The translations under genes were made by a program, and so were the position numbers. Below are positions 39,901 to 49,858 of a stretch of 64,000 bases of DNA, piece by piece (position 1 is the stretch's first letter; each line of letters begins with the position of its first letter). The stretch comes from Cenococcum geophilum (taxonomy: Eukaryota). The DNA lies in assembly GCA_050273025.1 (NCBI GenBank), contig CP158635.1, positions 17,174,001 to 17,238,000 on the forward strand. Direction: 5' to 3'. The notes beneath the pieces are model-generated. The model saw only the letters and a program-made list of their open reading frames with translations. It ran no database searches and had not been told where the DNA came from.

Positions 39901-42900
39901 TACTTTTTACGTTGTTCCTACAAACACCCTATTTCTATTTTGCATTAGAGATATAGATAAACTAGGCGTTAAGCTTAATAACCTTAAGAATATGCTTATA
40001 TAGGGAGATAATTGGGTGCCTATTATACGTAAGTAGGGTCACCCTTAGCTACTCCTTTAATAACCAGAAAAGAGTGTTACTTAAAGCTATTTAACTAAGT
40101 TAGAGTTACGCCAACTATACCGTTGTTTTAGTTACCTATTAGTTCACTAATTACTTAGGGTTCTTTAGCAAGTAGGCTATAAAGTTAAGGTTAAGGTAAT
40201 TAAGCATCTTATAAAATACTGCTACTACTACTAAATAAACTAAAGGTCCCCTGGCCGATTTAAGTTCACCCTTAAAGATAACTATAACTTTAACTTCTAT
40301 ATTATTGTTGACGTTATATACCTTAGCGGCAAGCTAGTACTCTAAGTTGTTAACTTCTTAACCTCCTTCTAAGCCGCACAATTCTTAAAGGATATATTAG
40401 CTAGGAACGTATAGGATACCCTTTAGTTATACTAGATTAATATCTACCTAGGACCCCCTAATTAAATCGTCTATAATATAAGAAAGAACTTCTTATCTAT
40501 AGAGTTCCGATAATAAATAAAGGCAATGGTAATTGAGGTTAAGGAAGTCCCTGTTAAGGCATATAATAGTATTAAAAAAGTAGAGCGATATTACGCGCTA
40601 TTACGCCGCGTATATAAGATTATCTCTTTAGAACTAAAGGACGCTAGCGAAGAACTTATCTTATAAATAGCTATTAAAGCTATTAACGATTCCGCTGGCC
40701 TAGATAGACTTATACCTATATTACTAGTCTTTAGCGCCTACCTATAAATAACTAATAATTCTCTACTATCTCCCTCCGTTATACAATAAGCTAAGGCGAT
40801 TCGTAAGGTAATAAAGGAGGTGTAATGCCTCTATGCCATATACCAGGTTAATAATATACTAGGAATGAAAAATAGCCCAAATACCTTAACTACGCTTAAT
40901 CTGCCACTCTAGTCTAAAGTACGCATATAGCGTAAAAGGGGAGGATAGTTAGGCCTACATTAACTTATTGCAATTAATAGTTAAACTTGCACTATTTAGA
41001 TGCCTTACGGACCCACCTAATTTCGTTTAATTGTTATTAAGCCTTACTATAAAGATAACAATTCTAAGCCTTTATAGGATGCCCTAGAAGATACCCTAGA
41101 AGAGAACTACAATTAATATGCTTTAGAAGGCGACTATAATCCCGATACAATTGTAGTAGATACGCCACAACTATAACGCGGTAGAGGTTGCCCGAAGGGA
41201 TTATAAAATCGCTAACACCTTATTAATTTTAAAGAATAATTTATTGCCGCCATTAAGAATGAAGTTAAGTTATTAATGGCCTTTATAATAGCTAAAGAGA
41301 AGGCTAACTTTAAGCTCGCAAAACAGCTCTAAAAGGAAGGTCGTATTATAACCCTAGGAGCTCCTTTCTAAGCATCTAATAAGTAGGAGATCAACGGTCT
41401 TATTGTAAGAGGAGTCTTTAAATTTAAGAAATATAACCCTACTAAGTTTAATAGAGTTCGCATCTTTAAGTTAAGAATAGTTAATGAGATTAAGGGCAAA
41501 GCTACTAACGCCCTATTTGAGAAATTAAGGCTTATTATTTAAGGTTATAACAATAATAGCAAAGAGATAATTCTTATATAATCTCCTATGATTTAACGAG
41601 CTAGTTAGCGAGTTATTATTATATTAGCTCCCTCCTTAATAAAGAATAGAATAGCAGTTTATTTATAAGATATTACTTAAGCCTACACCCAATTAGAGAT
41701 GCACCTTTAGCGCTTAATATTAGCATACCTTCCGGAGTAAATTCGCCACCAGTATCCTAAAGACACGATTATAGTTATGCTTAAGCTATTATATAGAATC
41801 GCAAAGGTAGGAACTTACTAGTAGGCTACCTATAGTAAGCACTATAAAGAGAAGCTTTTAATAACTACTTCTATATTTGATCTTTACTTCCTTATTATAA
41901 CTATAGGAACCCTATTTAGAATTATTGGTATATAAACTAATAATATAATTATCTTAGGAGACGACTAATTCTTAGCTCTTAAAGAGGATAAGCTAGTAAA
42001 GGCAAATCTCATAACAAAGCTAAAGGAAAAGCTTAACTTAATAATACTATTACTCTTTAATAGATGTATCCTCTCCCTAAATAAGGATTCCATTGCTTTA
42101 CGCCAGAAGGGTTAAGGTAAAAAGATTAACGTTATTAACGTTAATTCCCTAAAGTAAGAATACGTGGAGTAACGCGCTCGCGAAGCTTATATTGCTTCTA
42201 TCTGTCAACCTAAGGCTTTATTTAATCTCTTTGTTGCCGCCTAACACTAGGAACTAACTAAGGACGACATTCTTGCCCTAAATAAACGTCTTTTCTAGCA
42301 AATAAACCATCTTAATTAGGGACTACTCTACGTGCCTATTAATCTTCCTACCGCTAAGCTCTTTATATTTGTTAATAAATCGTTTATAAATAATAAAGAT
42401 TTTAGCTCCTAGTTAGGATATAAGATTATTATCGCGAATAAATTTACTAGAGAGAATAACTTTATAATCTATAGCAATCTTATCTATTAGAGCTTAACTA
42501 AGAGTAAGCGCGTTATCTAAAGTATTTTAGCGTTAGAGATATATAGAATAGTTAGCGGAGTTAATATGGTAATTGTAATTGGAACTACCCTAAAGATAAT
42601 TATAGATTAACTTAAACTTCCCGTTATCCCTATAATCGTATATACCAATTTATTTTCCCTCTATAAGTGTTTAGTTAAGCTTAATACTACAAAGAAGAAG
42701 CACCTTATAATTGATATTATAGCACTTTAGTAATCCTACGAGCGTTAAGAACTCTTTAAGATTTAATAAATTAATGGCTAAGATAACCTAGTAGATGTAA
42801 TAACAAAGGCAAACCCAAATAAGGTACTAGAGACGTTTGTTAACACAAATACTCTATATATACGAGTTAAAGGTTAGGTTAAAAGGGAGTCCCTAGAAAT

Positions 42901-45123
42901 TTCTTAGTTATATAAGGTCTTAAGATATCTAGGAACTTTAACCGGCGGTTAAAGTTATTTAATTAGTTAGATTCTATAGACCCTAACTTAAACCAGCCAA
43001 TTAGGATTTTCCATCCCTAGGATAGAAAATCGCTATTAGCTCGCTTACCGCTAGCGCCTTAGCGGCCCTACTAATAAGATACCTACCCATAACTTATAAG
43101 TAAGAAAGCACTACGTGCTAAGAGGCAAATTTTAGGACAGTGAGACTTATATTACAATAGCAATAGTAAGTAAGGAGGATTAATTTTTGTTCCGCTAGTT
43201 AAGCGGTATATATATATAGATGGCAACTATAAAAGAAGAGTTGCTAGTATTAGGAATAAAGGCAAATAGTCACTATATAAGGCATATTGCCGTCATATAT
43301 AGCAAGTTGCCGTTACGTGCGGTAAGTTACTATCACGTGCCGCCGCGGCACTAGCGTGGTGAGGAACCTTAAGTTCCTCACCCCTTTCTTAAAGAAGAAA
43401 ACAGAATAGAACAATTATCATACTATCTATGAACCGTAGCTATGTGATATCCCCCTTATATAACCAATAACATTACCTACTTATCTATATTACCTACCTA
43501 TCTACATTACCTACCTATCTATATCGTCTACCTATCTACATTATTTACCTATCTGTATCGCCTACCTATCTATATCGTCTACTAGTCTGCATTATCTACC
43601 TATCTATATTACCTACCTATCTATATTACCTACCTATCTATATCGCCTACCTATCTACATCGCCTACCTATCTATATCGTCTACTTATCTACATTATCTA
43701 CCTGTCTATATCGCCTACCTATTTACATCTGCCTATAGTGTCTAATTTAATTCGGGGGAGAGGTCGGCCCGATTAAAGGCTCTAATTAATTTGAATCGTT
43801 CTCCATAGCCGTTCGCTGGCTATATATTCGAACAGTAGTCATCTAAGGTGCCTCCCTAGGAGGCCTTAATTCGATTTAATTCGGTAATAGGCTCTAGATT
43901 AATTCAATTAATCGATTAAATCATTCGTGGTGTTCGCTGGCTGGTTGTTCAAACGGTCGTCATCTAGTTCTAGTAACGGTCGTCTACTAGTTCTGGCGAC
44001 GGTCGTCTAGTTCTAGCGACGGTCATCTGGTTCTGGCGACGGTCATCTAGTTCTAGCGACGTTCGTCTAGTTCTGGCGACGGTCGTAGTTCTAGCGACGG
44101 TCGTCTAGTTCTGGCAACGGTCGTGGTTCTAGCGACGGTTATCTAGTTCTAGCGACGGTCGTCTAGTTCTGGCAACGGTCGTCTAGTTCTGGCAACGGTC
44201 CTCTCCTACCTACCTACCTGCCTACCTACCTACTTGTCTACCTACCTACTTATTTATCTACCTACCTACCTACCTACCTGCCTGCCTGCCTGCGTTAGTG
44301 TCTAGTTTAATTTAGGGGAGGAGTTGGCTTAATTAAAGGCTTTTATTAATTTAAATTGTTCTCTATAGCCGTTTACTGGCTATATATTTAAATAGTAGTT
44401 ATCTAGGGTACCTCCCTAGGAAGTTTTAATTTAATTTAGTAATGGGCCAATATTAAAGCTCTAGTTTAATTTAATTAATTAATTAATTAAATTATTCGTG
44501 GTATTTACTAGCTGGTTATTTAAATAGTTATTATTTAGTTTTAGCGACGGTTATCTAGTCCTAGCGATAGTTATCTAGTTCTAGTAACGGTTATCTAGTT
44601 TTAGCGACGGTTATCTAGTTCTAGCGACGGTTATCTAGTTCTAGTAATAGTTTTCTATTAGCTACCGTTCTAGTGCCTTCTAAGGTAGGAAGAATATAAG
44701 GAAAGGTAAAAAATAAGGTGGCTATAAAGGGGGTAACTTAGTAGAGGTATGTGCGGGGACCTAATATAGAGCTTTATATAGAGCCTCTATATATAGAGCT
44801 TCGCGTAAAGCCTTATATAGAGCCTTTATACGTAGAGCTTTATATAAAGCTTTATATAAAGCTTTATATAGAGCCTTTTAAGTATATAACTTAAAAATAA
44901 TATATTATATTACCTTAATTATATATTAAGGAATATATAAGTTAGTTAACTGCGTATTATTTAACTTTTAAATATATTAAGTTGGTTAATTATAGATTAA
45001 TTATAGGTTAATTGCGTATTATTTAACTTTTAAATGTATTAAGTTGGTCAACTGTATATTAATTACGCGAAACGCGCTTAATAATGTTAACTTAAAACCT
45101 AGCCTACGAATATTTTCCCGATA
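36953..45123. mobile_element. Non-autonomous CATC-terminus TIR element, copy 2 (~2.1 kb native, split by Copia)
   Basis: Left end tatcggcaaaatatt; right end aatattttcccgata. 2-bp TSD AA/AA. Colinear with copy 1. Confidence 0.87.
37394..43469 (+). mobile_element. Ty1/Copia LTR retrotransposon (complete, RIP-inactivated)
   Basis: 222-bp LTRs at 37394-37615 and 43248-43469. TSD ACATT on both sides. ORF from ATG ~38003: CYVC.K..CW...H knuckle ~39315, protease IMPDT.A...ST.G ~39715, integrase LH..FGH.S/C..CQ ~40115-40235, RT DI.QAY ~41668 and Q.DD ~41935, RNase H FVD.SF.NN.D.SSQLG ~42370. Order PR-IN-RT-RH. Confidence 0.95.
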
Positions 45124-45329
45124 AATAACGCGTTTTTTTTTAATGAAAATAATTATAAGACCTAAAAATACCTAAGTAATAAAAATAATATATTTTAAAA
45201 GCCTAGGTTCTGTTATATAATTAATTAACTTTAGGAAATAATATAAAATACTAGTGTTGAGTTATTTTAATATCCGCAACCTCCGCAACGCGGATATTGT
45301 TTACGCGCTTTACGAATATTGCGAAACCC

Positions 45330-45427
45330 GCTTAGACGTAATTCAGGTGGTGCACCACAAACGTAGTTAGTCACCCGCTTGCGGGCCGATTGACTCCGCA
45401 CCAACGAAATCACGTCTAAGCTTACTG
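45330..45427. other. GC-rich nested inverted repeat; candidate right terminus of the AcademH-like element
   Basis: gcttagacgtaattc (45330-45344) pairs with gaaatcacgtctaagc (45406-45421). Inner arms agttagtc/gattgact and cccgc-tt-gcggg. The terminus assignment is inference. Confidence 0.4.
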
Positions 45428-47429
45428 AGGTAAAAATCACGCCAAAATCAGCTATAGGCAAAACTCCTTAGTACGATACCGGGTATATAACGATACCATT
45501 AGTATTACAATCTACACGCCCTAATTAAGCCTTTTTTGGTGTAATTAACGATAATCTAACTTTTACAATATTGTTAGGTGCCTCTACCAAAATCGGTATA
45601 ACCAGTTTTAATTCGCTAGATTTAGCCTTACCTTACCGCAAGTTTAGCCGTTAACTTTTATTAAAATCTGTTAAATTAAACCTTAGATCTTATTCTCTAT
45701 ACTTAATTCTACCTTATTAATTATAGGTAGGTCTCGAAATTCTAAGAGGCTATATTATTATGGATTCTCTAACTTTAAACGCTAGAAAATACGCGCCTAT
45801 ATTAGGAAATTTTTTTTAGGGCTCGTTGTTACGGTTTGCGGCAAATTGCCGCAAACCGTACGGCTGTGGTAGGTAGATATAGTTAATAGCAATTTGCGCA
45901 AAACGTATATTTTATAATAAAATCGCAGCACCTAATAGCAAATTGCGGCAAAATGCTACCCCTATAAATAAATTATAGTAAAATGCTACCCTATAAATAA
46001 ATAGCGCGCAAACTATATAAATTATAAAAACTGTATAAATTGTATAAACTATACGAATTATATAAACCGTACAAATTGTATAAACCGTATAAATTATATA
46101 AACTATATAAATTGTAAAAACTGTATAAATTATAACTATAAATTATAATTATATTATATAATAACCAAATTATTACATATTCCCATAGATTTCTATAATA
46201 TACTTTTAAATATATTTATATTATAACTATATAAAATATAGAGCTATCTACTTTAGGCGTTAAGGGGGAAGCCTCTTGCAGAGGCTCTAAATTATCTACC
46301 TACCTACCTACCTGCCTGCCTGCCTACCTACCTACCTACCTACCTACCTACCTACCTGCCTACCTACCTACCTATCTACCTACCTACCTATTTGCCTACC
46401 TACCTATCTGTCTGTCCGTCCGTCTATACCTACCCATCTATACCTACCTATCTATGCCTACCTATCTATATCACCTTAATTTAATCGATTAATTAAATTA
46501 TTTATTATATTTGCTGGCTAGTTATTTAAACGGTTGTTATATGGCTCTAGTAACAGTTATATAGCGATAATAACGGTCGTCTAGCTCTAACGGTTATCTA
46601 GCTTTAGTAACGGTTATCTGGCTTTAGTAACGGTCATCTAGCTCTAGTAATGGTCGTCTAGCTCTAACGACAATTATCTAGCTCTGGCGACGGTTATCTA
46701 GCTCTGGCGACGGTTGTTTAGCTTTAACGACAGTTATCTAGCTCTAACAGTCGTCTAGCTCTAGTAACGGTTATCTGGCTCCGGCGACGGTCGTCTACCT
46801 TTAGCAACGGTTATCTAGCTCCGGTAACAATTATCTAGCTTTAGCGACGGTTATCTAGCTCTAGTAATGGTTGTCTAGCTCTAACAACAATCGTCTAGCT
46901 CTGATGACGGTTGTTTAGCTCTAATAATAGTTGTCTAGCTCTGACGGTTATCTAGCTCTAGTAATGGTTATCTAGCTCTGGCAACGGTCGTCTAGCTCTG
47001 GCGATAGTTATCTGGCTCTAGCAACGGTTGTCTAGCTCTAACAATAGTTGTTTAGCTCTAATAACGGTTGTCTAGCTCTAATAACGGTTATTTAGCTCTA
47101 ATAGTTGTTTAGCTTTAGCGACGGTTATTTAGCTCTAGCGACAGTTATTTAGCTCTAATAACGGTTATCTAGCTCTAATAGTTGTCTAGCTCTAATAACA
47201 GTTATCTAGCTCTAACAGTTATCTAGCTCTAGCAACAGTTGTCTAGCTCCGGCAATAGTTATCTACTAGCTGTTATTCTAGTGTCTTCCTAGGTAGGGAG
47301 GATATAAAAAAGGGTAAAAAATAAGGTGGCTACTTAGGTGTATATAGGGGGTATATTTAGCAGAGGCATATATAGAGGCTATTAGGAATATAGCAGGGAC
47401 CTAATAGTAGTATATCGCGCGTATATATA

Positions 47430-48324
47430 AAGGCTTTATATAGAGCTTTATATAGAGCCTCTGTATATAGAGCTTCGCGTAGAGCCTTGTATAGAGCTTC
47501 GCGTAAAGCCTTATACAGAGCCTTTATATATAGAGCTTTATATAGAGCTTCGTAGAGCTTTATATAGAGCTTTATACAGAGCTTTGTGTAGAGCTTTATA
47601 TAGAGCCTTATATAAAGCTTTGTATAGAGCTTTGTACAGAGCCTTGTATAAAGCCTCTATATATAGAGCTTTATATAGAGCCTCATATAGAGCCTTATAC
47701 AAAGCTTTATATAGAGCTTTGTATAGAGCTTTATGTAGAGCTTTATATAGAGCTTTATATAGAGCTTTATATAGAGCCTTATATAGAGCCTCTATACGCA
47801 GAGCTTTGTGTAGAGCCTTGTGTAGAGCCTTGTGCAAAGCTTTATGTAAAGCTTTATATAGAGCTTCGTGTAAAGCTTCGTGTAGAGCTTTATATAGAGC
47901 CTTTATACGCAAAGCTTCGTGCAGAGCTTCGTGTAGAGCTTTATGTAGAGCCTCTATACGTAGAGCTTTGTGTAGAGCATTGTGTAAAGCTTTATATAGA
48001 GCTTCGTGTAGAGATTTATACAGAGCTTCGTGCGAGCCTCTGTACGCAGAGCTTTGTATAGAGCCTTATGTAGAGCCTTATATAAAGCTTTGTATAGAGC
48101 TTTGTATAGAGCTTTATGTAGAGCTTCGTATAGAGCTTCGTGCGGAGCTTTGTGCACGAATTTGTGCAGAACTTTGTATAGAGCCTCGTGCAGAGCCTCT
48201 GTACGCAGAGCTTTATATAGAGCCTTATATAGAGCCTCGTGCAAAGCTTCGTGTAGAGCTTCGCGTAAAACTTTATATAGAGCTTTATATAGAGCTTCGT
48301 GTAGAGCTTCGTGCAGAGCCTCTG
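47430..48324. repeat. Expanded 12-bp minisatellite (agagct[t/c][t/c][a/g]t[a/g]t)
   Basis: Directly visible; produces the spurious ALYR/ALYK ORFs in the track. Confidence 0.96.
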
Positions 48325-48590
48325 TATTAGGAAAAAATATTTTAGGTACATTGTTGCAAGCGAAAATCGGGGTCTGCAAAACCTGCGTAAGTTGCAATTT
48401 TGGTAGTTTGCGGCGATTTGTAGCAATTTGCTATGAACACATAGATAGGGTAGGCGCGTGTATAGGTAGCCTATGTGTTTGTAGCAAATTGCTGCAAATC
48501 GCCGCAAATTGCCAAAATTGCGACTTACGCAGGTTTTGCAGACCCCGATTTTCGTTTGCAACAACGAGCCCAAAAAAAAATTTCCTGATG
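48325..48590. repeat. ~266-bp fold-back (arms ~120 bp) forming the right end of CATC copy 3
   Basis: gcgaaaatcggggtctgcaaaacctgcgtaagt...aacacatag pairs with ctatgtgttt...acttacgcaggttttgcagaccccgattttcg. Confidence 0.92.
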
Positions 48591-49054
48591 TACCACTAAA
48601 AGCTCTACGCTGGACCCGATCGCGATACGGAAACAGATAAGGAGGACGCCTAACAACCTTAAATTAAGCTTAATGAGGCGCTAGAGGCCTTACGATCCCT
48701 TCGACTGTATGGGGAATAATAGGAAGTTGGTGATAAAGAGGTTATTGTAACTCTATTAAGGCACGATTGTCAAATTTAAGACCGACGGTTTTAAAATACT
48801 AAGCAAGTGGCGATTACCTCTTTCTTTAGTAGAGCCAGTTGCCCAATTATAGCTTCGCGCATGTAGATACACAATACATACTATAATTTTGATTTTTAGT
48901 GTATCTTATATACAAAACCTAAATACAACGATACCATTGATATTACGATACCCTCGGCTGCAGAAGCCATATCGTACTAAGGAGTTTTGCCTGCATCTTT
49001 ATATATTAATAACTCTACCGCCACTTAATAAATAATTATAAAATGAAGTATTTA

Positions 49055-49454
49055 ACGTACTCCACAAGCGAGCCGCCACCCCAAGCGAGCCGCCACCCCA
49101 ATCAACTTTCTGCGATGCGTCACAATGGCTCAACCATCTAGTATACAATTGACCTGCAAAGAAGCAGATATTATCCTTACTATCTCCTCTATCGATCAGA
49201 ATCAAATTCAGAGCATAAAGCGTACTGCATCAACGCTCCGCGATCAACGCGCCAAAATCACTACGCGACACAATTATGTGCCCAATTTAAAGAAGCTTAC
49301 CAAGCTTAAAGAGAAGGTAATTATCAGACACATACTGGACCTAGACTCGCGGGGGTTTGCGCCTACTCTAGGTGCTATAAAAGATATAGCGGATAAACTG
49401 CTTGCTACGCATACCGCTAGGCAGGTTAGCAAGAACTGGCCTACCAACTTCGTT
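49055..49454 (+). mobile_element. Fot1/Pot2 (pogo) DNA transposon 5' end, truncated by CATC copy 4
   Basis: TA followed by ACGTA-type TIR with an internal direct repeat caagcgagccgccacc x2. Confidence 0.88.
49125..49454 (+). pseudogene. Fot1-type transposase N-terminus (HTH psq-like plus CENP-B HTH)
   Basis: ...STLRD.R.......KLT..KEKVIIRHILDLDSRGFAP....KDIADKLLA.....VSKNWPTNFV. The ORF tail to 49520 is read-through into the inserted TIR. Confidence 0.9.
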
Positions 49455-49858
49455 CATCAGGAAAAATTTCTTTGGGCACGTTGTCGCAAGCGAAAATTAG
49501 GGTCTGCAAAACCGGCGTAAGTCGCGATTTTGGCGATTTGCTGCTACTTATATGGATTTCTGTAAATTGCTATAAATATATAAGCTACTTACGCAATTGC
49601 TGCAAATTACTAAAATTGCGACTTAAGCAGACCCTAATTTTAGCTGTAATTAAAATACTACAAAATTGTAACAAAAATACTATAAAACTGCAATAAAAAT
49701 ACTATAAAGCTATATAAAGCTCTACACGAAGCTCTATACGAAGCTTTATATAAGGCTTTATATAAGGCTTTACACAAAGCTCTACATATAGAGGCTCTAC
49801 ACGAGGCTCTGTATAAAGCTCTATATAAAACTCTATACAAAGCTCTACGTATAAAGGC
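49455..49858. mobile_element. CATC-terminus element copy 4 (one end only, inverted relative to copy 3)
   Basis: catcaggaaaaatttctttgggcacgttgtcgcaagcgaaaatt, a partial fold-back to ~49645, then an inverted 12-bp array. Interrupted by the Gypsy C LTR; the other end is not in the window. Confidence 0.82.

Larger units (their letters stand above)
45800..48590. mobile_element. Non-autonomous CATC-terminus TIR element, copy 3 (2.8 kb, intact ends, related subfamily)
   Basis: ~33-bp TIRs tattaggaaatttttttagggctcgttgttac and gcaacaacgagcccaaaaaaaaatttcctgatg. TA on both sides. Same CTAC, 20-bp and 12-bp arrays and spacer blocks as copies 1 and 2. Confidence 0.88.
45455..48993 (+). mobile_element. 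pogo/Tigger-like Tc1-mariner deletion derivative (~0.75 kb native), split by CATC element copy 3
   Basis: TIRs taggcaaaactccttagtacgata (45455) and tatcgtactaaggagttttgcctg (to 48993), flanked by TA/CA. 48606-48830 reads ...DRDTETD.ED...IKLNEALEALRSLRLY......KQVAITSFF, a typical pogo/CENP-B-like transposase C-terminus. Confidence 0.75.

Noticed and set aside
1..45427. Starship or Helitron as the outer element
   Set aside because: No tyrosine recombinase (DUF3435) or Rep/PIF1 motifs were seen; the helicase has SF2 DEAH/RecQ motifs.
46540..47260. CRISPR-like appearance of regular repeats
   Set aside because: Head-to-tail 17-20-bp tandem units with no unique spacers and no cas genes, in a eukaryotic RIP context.
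47538..48599. Long overlapping ORFs (ALYR/ALYK/IELY repeats)
   Set aside because: Translations of a 12-bp minisatellite and fold-back inside a non-coding TIR element; open in several frames on both strands.
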